Assembly (NCBI GenBank): GCA_041649575.1 | Contig: JBAZMW010000005.1 | Location: forward strand, 1 to 32,000 | Length of the DNA stretch: 32,000 nucleotides | Reading direction: 5' to 3' | From: Patescibacteria group bacterium | GTDB taxonomy: Bacteria; Patescibacteriota; Patescibacteriia; 2-01-FULL-39-33 | Part shown: in pieces, positions 18,048 through 25,745 of the stretch | How the letters are laid out: the number at the start of each line of letters is the position of its first letter | How positions within the stretch are numbered: position 1 is the stretch's first letter | The notes under the pieces: generated by a model | The model's database searches: none | Told to the model about the DNA's origin: nothing | What the model saw: the letters and a program-made list of their open reading frames with translations, nothing else | Program-made: the position numbers and the translations under genes

Positions 18048-19952
18048 TTAAGGAGTAACCGGAGTGGAAGTGGCAGTGGTTCCGTCGCCGTTAGTGGTGT
18101 CGCCAGAAAGTTTTTCCACGCCGATCAGACAGACTGCCTGCCAGGGTTTGTAATGGGAAGTAAAGTTAGTTTCCTTTTTTTCTCCGCTGGGATAAATCAC
18201 GGTGTAATCGAAAGAGGCATTGACGCCTTTATGAGAGTTTTCGGTGCATTTTTTGGCTCCGGGTTTCAGGTCGGTGGTCTCGATATATTTAGTGGCGGCC
18301 GGCGAGACCCAGCCCCAGACCTTGGGCGTGGTGCGGCTGGCGCTGCGGCCGTCTTTGGTGCCCCAAAATTCAAAATACAAATTGTCACCGCTTAAGCGGC
18401 TTTGGATCAGAATGTAGTTGCCGGTGTCGTTTACAAAACGGACATCAGGATGAGGGATATAAATGGTGGCATCGGTGCCAGGCAGACCATTTTCCAGATA
18501 ATAGGTGACATTATAGGAGTGGTTGCGTCTTTCGGTAATAGGCAGGCCGGAAGCCAAAGCGGCTCTGAAAACCGTGGTGCCAATTTGACACAGCCCGCCG
18601 CCGTATTCCGGCGTGGTTTTGTTTTCTTTGATTACTAGTTCCGGCAAATAGCCGGTAGCGGCATCGACGTCTCCCAAGGCATTGATCAGAGAGAATTCTT
18701 CAGTCGGTTTGATCAAAATACCATGAAGCTTTTGGGCGCCGTTTTTGATGTTGTGGCGGCGGTTGTTAGGACTGCCGGCAAAGCTGGATTGGCCGACGCC
18801 GATGATTTCTTTGATGCCCAGGTCGTTGATGCTTCCGGTGGCGATTTTGGGTTGGATGGATTTAACACTGATTTCGGTCGGGTTTTTCCCCAAGAGCAAG
18901 TTGTTGTTCAAGTCGTTGAAAGTCTGCTCGACGTTGATTTCCTTGCCGTCCCGGTGGGCGGAAAATTCGGTGATTTTACCGCCTTTCATTTGCAGCTTGG
19001 CGTCAACCGGAGCGACATTGACCTTGGGTATAACGTTTTTTTCCAGCCAGGCCAGGAAAGAATCGCGACTAAGGCCAACGGTTATTTGGCCGTCGAGTTT
19101 CTGAAATTCCAGCATGGCGGACAAACTGTTTTTGCCGATTTCCCAGGTTTGGCCTGATTCGGTCAGTTGCGGTTGTTTGAGGTTTAGGATTTTTTCTACC
19201 AAATAACTTTTGTCCAAAACATCCTTTTTCTCGACGGTTGGTTTCTCGATTATGCCCTTTAGCTCAACCGGCTGGTTGTCTAATTTTTTCAGGTTGTCCT
19301 TGAGCTGACCGATGGCCTGGCCGTAATCCAGGCTGACACCCGCCTCGTCCCCGGTTATCTCGAGATTGTAATCACCGCCAGAGAAAGAGACGACAGGTTT
19401 GGCGTTTTGCGCCGGCTTTTCGAATTGGGAGAAGCGTTGTTTTAAAAGTTTTTTGAGAGTCTCTTCGTCAAGGTTGAATTGGGCCTCGAATTGCTTGCCC
19501 GATAAAAACAGGCTTTTTTGACGCAGGAGATTTTTGAACCAATTGTCTTGTCGCGCGAAAGGAAAGGCCTGGTAAATGGTGCGATGATTATCAAAACTGA
19601 AAATTTCTCTGGACAAATCAGGATCGGCCAGGGCGTCAATGGGATTGGTTATGTCCAAAAAAATTTCTTTGCCAGCCTGATGATAGACGACTTTGATTCC
19701 TTGACTGGTGATGTTTTGGGTAATTTTATCCAAGGTGTCCAGGGCTTCCACGGTCGTCAGTCCCTCCAGGCTGATGTTGCCGATTTTACTGCCGGGAAAG
19801 AATTTTTTTTCGTATCTGATCTCAAAAGCCATAACGGCTACGGCGGAGATTAAAAAAATTATGAAAACAGCGGCTATGATTATCAGAAAAAGCCACTGTT
19901 TATCAATTTTACCATCGTCTCGCTGTTTGATGATTTTTTTCAGACTCAACAT
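18048..19952 (-). CDS. VanW family protein with an N-terminal membrane anchor
   Basis: 634 aa with an N-terminal TM helix (LFLIIIAAVFIIFLISAVAVMAF). The C-terminal VanW domain carries GGGLCQIGTTVFRAALASGLPITERRNHSY. Confidence 0.85.
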   Translation of the reverse strand: MLSLKKIIKQRDDGKIDKQWLFLIIIAAVFIIFLISAVAVMAFEIRYEKKFFPGSKIGNISLEGLTTVEALDTLDKITQNITSQGIKVVYHQAGKEIFLDITNPIDALADPDLSREIFSFDNHRTIYQAFPFARQDNWFKNLLRQKSLFLSGKQFEAQFNLDEETLKKLLKQRFSQFEKPAQNAKPVVSFSGGDYNLEITGDEAGVSLDYGQAIGQLKDNLKKLDNQPVELKGIIEKPTVEKKDVLDKSYLVEKILNLKQPQLTESGQTWEIGKNSLSAMLEFQKLDGQITVGLSRDSFLAWLEKNVIPKVNVAPVDAKLQMKGGKITEFSAHRDGKEINVEQTFNDLNNNLLLGKNPTEISVKSIQPKIATGSINDLGIKEIIGVGQSSFAGSPNNRRHNIKNGAQKLHGILIKPTEEFSLINALGDVDAATGYLPELVIKENKTTPEYGGGLCQIGTTVFRAALASGLPITERRNHSYNVTYYLENGLPGTDATIYIPHPDVRFVNDTGNYILIQSRLSGDNLYFEFWGTKDGRSASRTTPKVWGWVSPAATKYIETTDLKPGAKKCTENSHKGVNASFDYTVIYPSGEKKETNFTSHYKPWQAVCLIGVEKLSGDTTNGDGTTATSTPVTP

Positions 19953-19967
19953 CGTTAAAATTTAACT

Positions 19968-20222
19968 TTAGTCGTCGGTATTGAGAATTTCTTTTAGGAC
20001 GGCTTGGGCCAGCTTTTGCCGGTCGGCCTCGGCCAGCTCCTTGGTGGTGATAAATAATTTTACCGGAGCGTTCAAGGAAATGCCCGCTGGCAATTTGTTG
20101 AGAGGCCAGAGTATTTTCTGTTCGTCTTCGGTTCTAATCGTCGCCAAATTGCTCTCCACGTCTTCGATGACGCCGTTTAAGAAATTGCCGGCCGAGAATA
20201 GTTGTTCGTCTTGGTTAATCAT
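19968..20222 (-). CDS. Hypothetical 84-aa protein, DUF3006-like
   Basis: Sits between hsp20 (8-nt overlap) and vanW (15-nt gap). The GVIEDVESNLATI...LPAGISLNAPVKL pattern resembles DUF3006; the family call is tentative. Confidence 0.6.
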   Translation of the reverse strand: MINQDEQLFSAGNFLNGVIEDVESNLATIRTEDEQKILWPLNKLPAGISLNAPVKLFITTKELAEADRQKLAQAVLKEILNTDD

Positions 20223-20658
20223 TCAGGTTTTTTACTTTTATAGAAGCGCTTTTGTATTTTTTGGGCAGTTTGACGGTCAAGACCCCGTTTTTCAGAGTGG
20301 CCTGCACTTTGGCGTGATCGACTTCTTGCGGCAGGACAATGGAACGGCTGAAGGAGCCCCAATAAATTTCGCGGAAATAAAAATCGTTGTCGCCGACCTC
20401 CTCTTCCATTTCGCGGTAGCCGCGGATAGTCAAGAGGTCGTTGCTGACCGAGATGTCCAGATTTTTGGGGTCGACGCCGGCCATGGTCGATTTGACGATG
20501 ACGTGATCCCTGTCTTGATAAATGTCGCAGGAAAGCTGGCCCTCGCCGTTAAAAATATTTTCCTCCAAGTGGGGCTCGTGTGGCGACAGAAAGAAATCCG
20601 AGGAACTATTGTCGGTTTCCAGAGGAATATTGGTTTGTTTTTTGGCTTTAGAAAACAT
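20215..20658 (-). CDS. Hsp20/alpha-crystallin small heat-shock protein
   Basis: 147 aa with an alpha-crystallin domain (VIVKSTMAGVDPKNLDISVSNDLLTIRG...GSFSRSIVLPQEVD...ATLKNGVLTVKLPK). Confidence 0.9.
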   Translation of the reverse strand: MFSKAKKQTNIPLETDNSSSDFFLSPHEPHLEENIFNGEGQLSCDIYQDRDHVIVKSTMAGVDPKNLDISVSNDLLTIRGYREMEEEVGDNDFYFREIYWGSFSRSIVLPQEVDHAKVQATLKNGVLTVKLPKKYKSASIKVKNLND

Positions 20659-20680
20659 AAAACCGTCTTTTTATGTTTTT

Positions 20681-20709
20681 ATTATAGTAGAAATAAGAAA
20701 AATTAACAA
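20681..20709 (-). promoter_or_regulatory. Sigma70-like promoter for the hsp20 operon
   Basis: On the minus strand: TTGTTA-N17-TATAAT, about 20 nt upstream of the hsp20 ATG. Confidence 0.55.
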
Positions 20710-20728
20710 GGGAAGAGTGGACTGGTCG

Positions 20729-20757
20729 TTGACTTTTACAGGTTTTTGATTTATAAT
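20729..20757 (+). promoter_or_regulatory. Consensus sigma70 promoter for the GIY-YIG gene
   Basis: TTGACT-N17-TATAAT. Confidence 0.6.
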
Positions 20758-20826
20758 ATGGTTTATGGTTTGCCTGTCTCGGCCGATTCTAAAGAATCAG
20801 ACGGACAGGTATTAAAAAGAACAAAA

Positions 20827-21081
20827 ATGAGTTTTGTTATTTATTGGTTAATAAGTGAGGACGGGAGAAACACTTATATTGGTTTTTCAAATAATGTAAG
20901 GAGAAGAGTTAAAGAACATAGAGCCAAAAAAGTCAAAACAACGGAGTATTTTGGGAAGTTTAGGTGTTTTATTTTAGATAGGGTTGATAATTTAGAAAAG
21001 GGGATAATAAGAGAAAAATATTGGAAGTCACATACAGGAAGAATTAAATTGAAAAGCTATTTTATCAAGATCGTCAGATAA
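20827..21081 (+). CDS. Small GIY-YIG nuclease family protein
   Basis: 84 aa from the ATG at 20827, with FVIYWLISEDGRNTYIGFSNNVRRRVKEHR (GIY...YIG...R..EH). The upstream TTG-initiated extension in the ORF track covers the promoter and is unlikely to be translated. The gene is AT-rich. Confidence 0.8.
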   Translation: MSFVIYWLISEDGRNTYIGFSNNVRRRVKEHRAKKVKTTEYFGKFRCFILDRVDNLEKGIIREKYWKSHTGRIKLKSYFIKIVR

Positions 21082-21096
21082 GATCTGCCGAATCAA

Positions 21097-21168
21097 GCCG
21101 CCATCGTCTAGTGGTTAGGACACCAGGTTTTCATCCTGGTAACCGGGGTTCGATTCCCCGTGGCGGTA
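21097..21168 (+). tRNA. tRNA-Glu (anticodon UUC)
   Basis: A 72-nt cloverleaf folded by hand. Acceptor GCCGCCA/TGGCGGT (G1-U72), D-arm GTCT-AGTGGTTA-GGAC, anticodon arm CCAGG-TTTTCAT-CCTGG, T-arm CGGGG-TTCGATT-CCCCG. CCA is not encoded. Confidence 0.93.
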
Positions 21169-22666
21169 CTAATGGGGAACTGGCGAGAGCCAGCTCTCTT
21201 TTTGTTTGTAAAATTGGTGATAATTTCGGGGTTTGAAATTTTATATAGTCATAACTCGGCTTTTCGGGAAAAACCAAACCCTGCAATTGAATTTTTTGCT
21301 CAAATGTTGCCCGCTCCCAATTTTCTGGCAGAGTTTTTATATAGGTAAAAACATAATCAATCGCCTCATCAAGATTAAACTCTTCAAATTTTGTTTCTGT
21401 TAGATTTGCTTCTTGATAATCAATGTCTTTATTGAGTTTATTGAAGGCCTCCTTAAAATCATCATCGGGCAATAAGTCCCTTTTCTTCATTTCAATCAGT
21501 TGAAGCTTTTCTTGTTTTAAACCCTCTATCCGTTTTATTCGGTCTTGCCTCTCTTGATTTATTTTTTTATACTCGCTTTCCCAAACATCAAGAATGACCG
21601 CCTTAAATCCTTTAAGAAACTTATCTTTGGGAGTAATTTCTTTTAGATAATCCAAAAAATCTTTTTCTAACTTCTTTTTGGGAATTGATTTTTTTGATGG
21701 GCAATTTTTGTTATAGCAACCATAGTAAGGAAATTTGCCTCCGCACTTGCCCGTTGAGAAATAGGCGGTTAATGGCCTCCCACAATAGCCACAAATAACC
21801 TCGTGCCTTAATGGAAAACACTCGCTCGCTTGGTTTCTTGATATACTTTCGCTCCTACTATGGCCATTTAAGACATTTTGGCACTTATAAAAAGTTTCGG
21901 CATCAATGAGCCTCTCGTGGTTTGCCTCATACTCCCTGCCCCTGACAGTCATTATGCCAATATAAAATTTATTGGTAATAATTCTGTATATGAGTTGCGG
22001 TGAAATTTCTTTGCCCATCCAGCTCCTCAATCCTTTATCATTAACCCTGCGCCTGACATCTTCAAGAGTATAAAGGCCAGTGGCGTATTCCTCAAAAGCC
22101 CATTTGATTAACGGCGCCCGATTTTTATCAAGCGTAATTACTTTTTTATTAAACTCGTCTCTCGTGTTGGTGTAGCCGATTTTAGCTTTCCAGCACCAAA
22201 ATCCTTGCTCAACTTTTTCTCGCATACAATCGGTTATCCTTTGGCTTTTTATCTCGTTATCTAATTGGGCGCTGGAGGCCATTAAATTGCCGATAAATTT
22301 GCCAATGGGGGTGTCGTCAATGCCTGCTTCGGAGGTGGAAATAAACCTAATACCGAGCTTTTTAAGTAATAACAAAATATTCGTATAATCATTTACGTTT
22401 CTGGTTAGTCGGTCAATTTTATAGACAATAACACAATCAATGCCTTTGCCTTTCTGCGTGCAAAATTGAAGCATTGCCTGCAAGCTCGGCCTGTCAGCGG
22501 TTTTAGCCGATACGCCGTCATCGTGAAACATCTTGATTATTTCTATCCCATTTGTTTCGGCATAATTCAAACAGCTCTTTTTCTGTTGCTCCAAACTAAC
22601 GCCAAATTGAGCTTGGTCTTCGGTTGATACTCGGTAATAAATTATGCCTTTGAGTTTTGTTTTCAT
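21131..22666 (-). CDS. Large serine recombinase (integrase)
   Basis: Resolvase-type N-terminal domain with GIIYYRVSTEDQ (catalytic Ser) and DRLTRN. Also has a recombinase domain, a zinc ribbon (CGYCGRPL...YYGCYNKNC) and a coiled-coil C-terminal region. ATG at 22666 is preferred over the ORF-track start at 22708. The 3' end overlaps tRNA-Glu by 38 nt. Confidence 0.9.
   Translation of the reverse strand: MKTKLKGIIYYRVSTEDQAQFGVSLEQQKKSCLNYAETNGIEIIKMFHDDGVSAKTADRPSLQAMLQFCTQKGKGIDCVIVYKIDRLTRNVNDYTNILLLLKKLGIRFISTSEAGIDDTPIGKFIGNLMASSAQLDNEIKSQRITDCMREKVEQGFWCWKAKIGYTNTRDEFNKKVITLDKNRAPLIKWAFEEYATGLYTLEDVRRRVNDKGLRSWMGKEISPQLIYRIITNKFYIGIMTVRGREYEANHERLIDAETFYKCQNVLNGHSRSESISRNQASECFPLRHEVICGYCGRPLTAYFSTGKCGGKFPYYGCYNKNCPSKKSIPKKKLEKDFLDYLKEITPKDKFLKGFKAVILDVWESEYKKINQERQDRIKRIEGLKQEKLQLIEMKKRDLLPDDDFKEAFNKLNKDIDYQEANLTETKFEEFNLDEAIDYVFTYIKTLPENWERATFEQKIQLQGLVFPEKPSYDYIKFQTPKLSPILQTKRELALASSPLVPPRGIEPRLPG
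21180..21205 (+). terminator. Terminator-like hairpin after tRNA-Glu
   Basis: CTGGC-GAGA-GCCAG, or alternatively GAGAG-CCAG-CTCTC, followed by TTTTTGTTTG. Confidence 0.5.
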
Positions 22667-22814
22667 ATTTTTTAATAAAAAAGGGACGATTAATCGCTTT
22701 GAACACAACCAACCCAGATAGGCAGTTGAAGCGGTAATCGCCCCGTTTTTATGTCAAAAACATTAGATTTTTTGGCAAAAAAATAATCTGGATTGGTAGT
22801 TGTGTTCGTAGGTA

Positions 22815-22982
22815 TTATAGTATATTTTTTGGTATTTGTGAAGCTTTTTTAATCAGCCCCTTTTTCTGCGCCCATTCTTCAAAAGCCAGCAAGGCGAACT
22901 GGTGTTGCGCTTGGCGAATTTCATCAATCTCCTTGTCGGTTAGGCCGATTGCCTCCTCTCCCAATAATTCCTTAAACTTCAT
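22815..22982 (-). CDS. Hypothetical 55-aa protein (below the ORF-track size cutoff)
   Basis: Hand-translated as MKFKELLGEEAIGLTDKEIDEIRQAQHQFALLAFEEWAQKKGLIKKASQIPKNIL. Its ATG lies 4 nt after the Rep-like stop codon, which suggests translational coupling. It fills the otherwise empty gap upstream of the recombinase. Confidence 0.4.
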   Translation of the reverse strand: MKFKELLGEEAIGLTDKEIDEIRQAQHQFALLAFEEWAQKKGLIKKASQIPKNIL

Positions 22983-22986
22983 CAAG

Positions 22987-24207
22987 CTAATCATAAGCCC
23001 CCCTTGTATTACGCTGGTTAGCGTCTATAATTTTGGACACTGGATTACGCTGGTTAGCGTCTATAATTTTGGACACTGGCGAAGCGAAATTAAGCCCCAG
23101 TTCTTGCTGAATAGTTGAGATTATTCCAAATTGCTCCAAGATATATTTGTGGATTTTTACATTATCCAACTTGCCCAATTCCCGCCAGTCAAAATGATTT
23201 TGTAGCTCGGCCAAGCGGGCAAGGTAGTTATACCAAGTTTGCCTGCTCTTATATGTCTTGAGATATTGTTTGCGGGTTTCGGCCAAGCCGTTTTCCTGCA
23301 GTTCGCCAATTATTTGCCTGATAGTGGCCTTGGTTTGGATGTGGTTATAATGCTTGTCTAAAAAGTCGTCTATTATGGGTTGCTTTTCTAAGGATAAAAA
23401 GATAATTTTTTGCAGAGGATGATTAAAAACTTCATCAACCTGCTCCCTTAAAACTTGCTCCCAAATATTTTGTTTAAAAATATTCTCCAGCGTGGGAGGC
23501 AAAACGCCAAGATATGGTTTAAATTTTTCTTTTATTTTGCGGGGTGTTTTAAAGGTCGCTTCAATCCTTAAAATCTCTTTGGCTAATTGTCCGTCCATTC
23601 TAAATTCCCCCTTGCGCAATAAATCGGCAATAGCCAGCTCTTTTTGGGTTTCGGCGCTATTTAACATCTCTTGGTTTTTGCCGTAAGCTTTTAAGGTTTC
23701 GTTTTTAGTGCTTAAAATTACCTCCCGCCCGCCGTGCTTGTAGTCGTCAAAACCAATTACTCGGTGTTTTGTGTGCGTTTTATAGTCAAAGGGGCTTAAC
23801 ACCTTGAGAGCATTATTGACCGAGCAAATAGGAGTTAAATTTATATTAATGCCGATAGCAACAAGCGAGGGCAAGCAAGCTTTTATTTGCGCTGGGAAAA
23901 TAAAAACCCCGATTTTTTGACAAAAACGGGATATGGCATACACCAACTCTTCAAGCTGGCTCTCCTTGATTTCAATAAGATTGCCTCCCGTTATCATCTT
24001 GGGAGCGGAAAATTCAATATAAAAATAAGTTTTACTGGGGTATTTAAAATCTGACTCAATAGAATACTTTGGCACATATAAGCCAAGTTTTTGTTGTTCT
24101 TTGCGCCAAGGGTTATTTGTCCAAACATCCTTGCCCCATAGTTTTTCGGCAAAAAAAGAGTTATTCGGATGAGGGTAAATAAATTTTAATTTAATGGTGT
24201 CAAACAT
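22987..24207 (-). CDS. Replication-initiation-factor-like protein (Rep_trans / phage gene II-X-like, tentative)
   Basis: About 406 aa from MFDTIKLKF. Segments YIEFSAPKMITGGNL and VILSTKNETLKAYGKNQE resemble conserved blocks of rolling-circle replication initiators. The C-terminus carries an exact 12-aa tandem repeat. The upstream TTG start (24273) lies in a hairpin and is rejected. Confidence 0.55.
   Translation of the reverse strand: MFDTIKLKFIYPHPNNSFFAEKLWGKDVWTNNPWRKEQQKLGLYVPKYSIESDFKYPSKTYFYIEFSAPKMITGGNLIEIKESQLEELVYAISRFCQKIGVFIFPAQIKACLPSLVAIGININLTPICSVNNALKVLSPFDYKTHTKHRVIGFDDYKHGGREVILSTKNETLKAYGKNQEMLNSAETQKELAIADLLRKGEFRMDGQLAKEILRIEATFKTPRKIKEKFKPYLGVLPPTLENIFKQNIWEQVLREQVDEVFNHPLQKIIFLSLEKQPIIDDFLDKHYNHIQTKATIRQIIGELQENGLAETRKQYLKTYKSRQTWYNYLARLAELQNHFDWRELGKLDNVKIHKYILEQFGIISTIQQELGLNFASPVSKIIDANQRNPVSKIIDANQRNTRGAYD
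23008..23079. repeat. Perfect 36-bp tandem duplication (2 copies)
   Basis: ATTACGCTGGTTAGCGTCTATAATTTTGGACACTGG occurs at 23008-23043 and again at 23044-23079. It encodes PVSKIIDANQRN twice at the Rep-like C-terminus. Confidence 0.95.
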
Positions 24208-24226
24208 AGGAAGGTCTAAGCTTAAG

Positions 24227-24275
24227 CCATTGCCCGTCTCGGCGACCCTCCAAGGAAAACCGAGACAAGGCAATG
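24227..24275. promoter_or_regulatory. GC-rich imperfect palindrome in the Rep-like gene leader
   Basis: Arms CCATTGCCCGTCTCGG and CCGAGACAAGGCAATG (15/16-nt arms with one indel), separated by 17 nt. Located 20-70 nt upstream of the ATG at 24207. Confidence 0.5.
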
Positions 24276-24373
24276 ACCCAAAATTATTTCAAATAAAAAC
24301 CATCTTAATTTTTACATAATTAAGATGATTAAATAACTCGTTTTTTTATCGGTGTTTATTAGAATTTTTAAAT

Positions 24374-24403
24374 AAAAAAACGGCTTTATTTAGCCATTTT
24401 TTT
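24374..24403. terminator. Bidirectional terminator-like hairpin
   Basis: An A-run, then GGCT-TTATTT-AGCC, then a T-run. On the minus strand it follows the 382-aa gene. Confidence 0.45.
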
Positions 24404-24433
24404 AAAGATATTAACACCGAGTAAAAAACCGAT

Positions 24434-25582
24434 TCAAAATATTTTATCATTCCACCTGTAAATATTAGCTTCTTGTTTCTTATTTTCACCCTTAATTATA
24501 ATTTCCCTTATTAATTTATTTTCTTTATTAATTCTTTTATTGATTTGATTAATTGATTTGTTAAATTCATCGGAATTTATTGGCGGGTGGTCATTTTCTA
24601 TAAACTTATTAAAATCGTTATAGGTTAGAAATTCCCCATTTATTTTATTTGATTCAATAAAGAAATTAATAATCATTGCGGGCGTTTTATCAAAAGAAAG
24701 CCGTTTTTTGCCTAAATGTAAAGTGCCTTTGGGCTTATTTCCATCCAAATATTTGTAAGAAATTTTTTCTTCCAAGTCCTCTCCCTCTTTTTCATTGGGC
24801 AGGGTTTCTATTAGATGATTTAAAACAATTTCAGCGTTGTTTTTTATTTTTTTCAAAATTTTATTATTATCTATGAGGTCGTCTCCACGCATATTATAAA
24901 ACGCTTCATAATCAGCTCTGGGATATCTTTGGACGCAAAAAATTAAAAATTTCTCAAAATTTCTTAGCTTCATTCTAATAGGAACTCTATATATCAAGTT
25001 ATCAAATTTATCAAGCAATTTTTTAAAGTTGTTAAATAAAACTTCAAATTTTTCGTATTCATTTTCATTGCGTTCGTTAATTGACCAGCTTATAACAGAA
25101 AACATATGGCCAATAGCGCTATATTGATTTCTAATCGCCCAGGTTCTGGTAAAAATAAACGGGTCATCAATAGAAGAAATGCTAACATTCCCAAGCTCGT
25201 AATAATTATTTTTGTCTTGAATTTTTTGGTATAAATCTTTTAATTCAATGTCGTGGTTATCTTCTCCTTTGAGCTTAATGAATAAATGTCGATTTTCTCC
25301 CTTTAATTCTTCATTAAGCTGGTCAATTTCTCTTTGATTAGTAAAACTTGCCATTTTTAAAATACTATCAAACAGCTCATTTTCAGTTTTGATATATTCA
25401 TCATTTTTAACAAGATTTTTAAAATAATCAAAAATGCTATAAAATTTTTCTTTTAAATCTTTACTTTCGTGAATAAAATCATATAAATCAATGGAAATTA
25501 TATTTTCAATATTTTTATCCAATGCGGTGGCTTTTTCTATGTCGGATTTAAATGCCTCTAATTTTTTGTGGAGATTATTCAT
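24434..25582 (-). CDS. Hypothetical 382-aa protein, possible C-terminal winged-helix DNA-binding region
   Basis: A long ORF in very AT-rich DNA, rich in Lys, Asn, Glu and Ile. The C-terminal ~90 aa (LSFDKTPAMIINFFIES...LTYNDFNKFI...SINQINKRI...IYRW) resemble an OmpR/PhoB-type winged helix. No family was recognised for the remainder. Confidence 0.65.
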   Translation of the reverse strand: MNNLHKKLEAFKSDIEKATALDKNIENIISIDLYDFIHESKDLKEKFYSIFDYFKNLVKNDEYIKTENELFDSILKMASFTNQREIDQLNEELKGENRHLFIKLKGEDNHDIELKDLYQKIQDKNNYYELGNVSISSIDDPFIFTRTWAIRNQYSAIGHMFSVISWSINERNENEYEKFEVLFNNFKKLLDKFDNLIYRVPIRMKLRNFEKFLIFCVQRYPRADYEAFYNMRGDDLIDNNKILKKIKNNAEIVLNHLIETLPNEKEGEDLEEKISYKYLDGNKPKGTLHLGKKRLSFDKTPAMIINFFIESNKINGEFLTYNDFNKFIENDHPPINSDEFNKSINQINKRINKENKLIREIIIKGENKKQEANIYRWNDKIF

Positions 25583-25708
25583 CTTGGAGGGTTTAAATTA
25601 AAATTTATGGTCTTGAATGCTATTATATTAATATTAAATTAGCTAAAAATCAAACAGTTAAAAGGCAAATTTTCATTTCCAGGATGGCTGTTCAAAAAAG
25701 TTATTTAC

Positions 25709-25717
25709 TGTTATAAT
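25709..25717 (+). promoter_or_regulatory. Extended -10 promoter element upstream of the restriction-modification operon
   Basis: TGTTATAAT (TGnTATAAT) lies 29 nt upstream of the ATG at 25746. No good -35 element is present. Confidence 0.35.
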
Positions 25718-25745
25718 AAAAGTATAAACTATAAACAACAAAAAT

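Noticed and set aside
19981-20706. 241-aa plus-strand ORF.
   Set aside because: It is antisense to hsp20 and the 84-aa gene, both of which have clear or plausible protein features. The plus-frame product has no recognisable features.
21140-21168. Searched for a direct repeat of the tRNA-Glu 3' end at the far end of the island, the classic tyrosine-integrase signature.
   Set aside because: No copy of GGTTCGATTCCCCGTGGCGG or a substantial part of it was seen elsewhere in the window. This is consistent with a serine recombinase, which needs only a very short crossover core.
23008-23079. Considered whether the 36-bp repeat is a minimal CRISPR array.
   Set aside because: The two units are directly adjacent with no spacer and lie in frame within a coding region. 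No cas genes are present.
22933-23118. 61-aa plus-strand ORF across the 36-bp tandem repeat.
   Set aside because: It is antisense to the Rep-like 3' end and the small coupled ORF. It exists mainly because the duplicated unit lacks stops.
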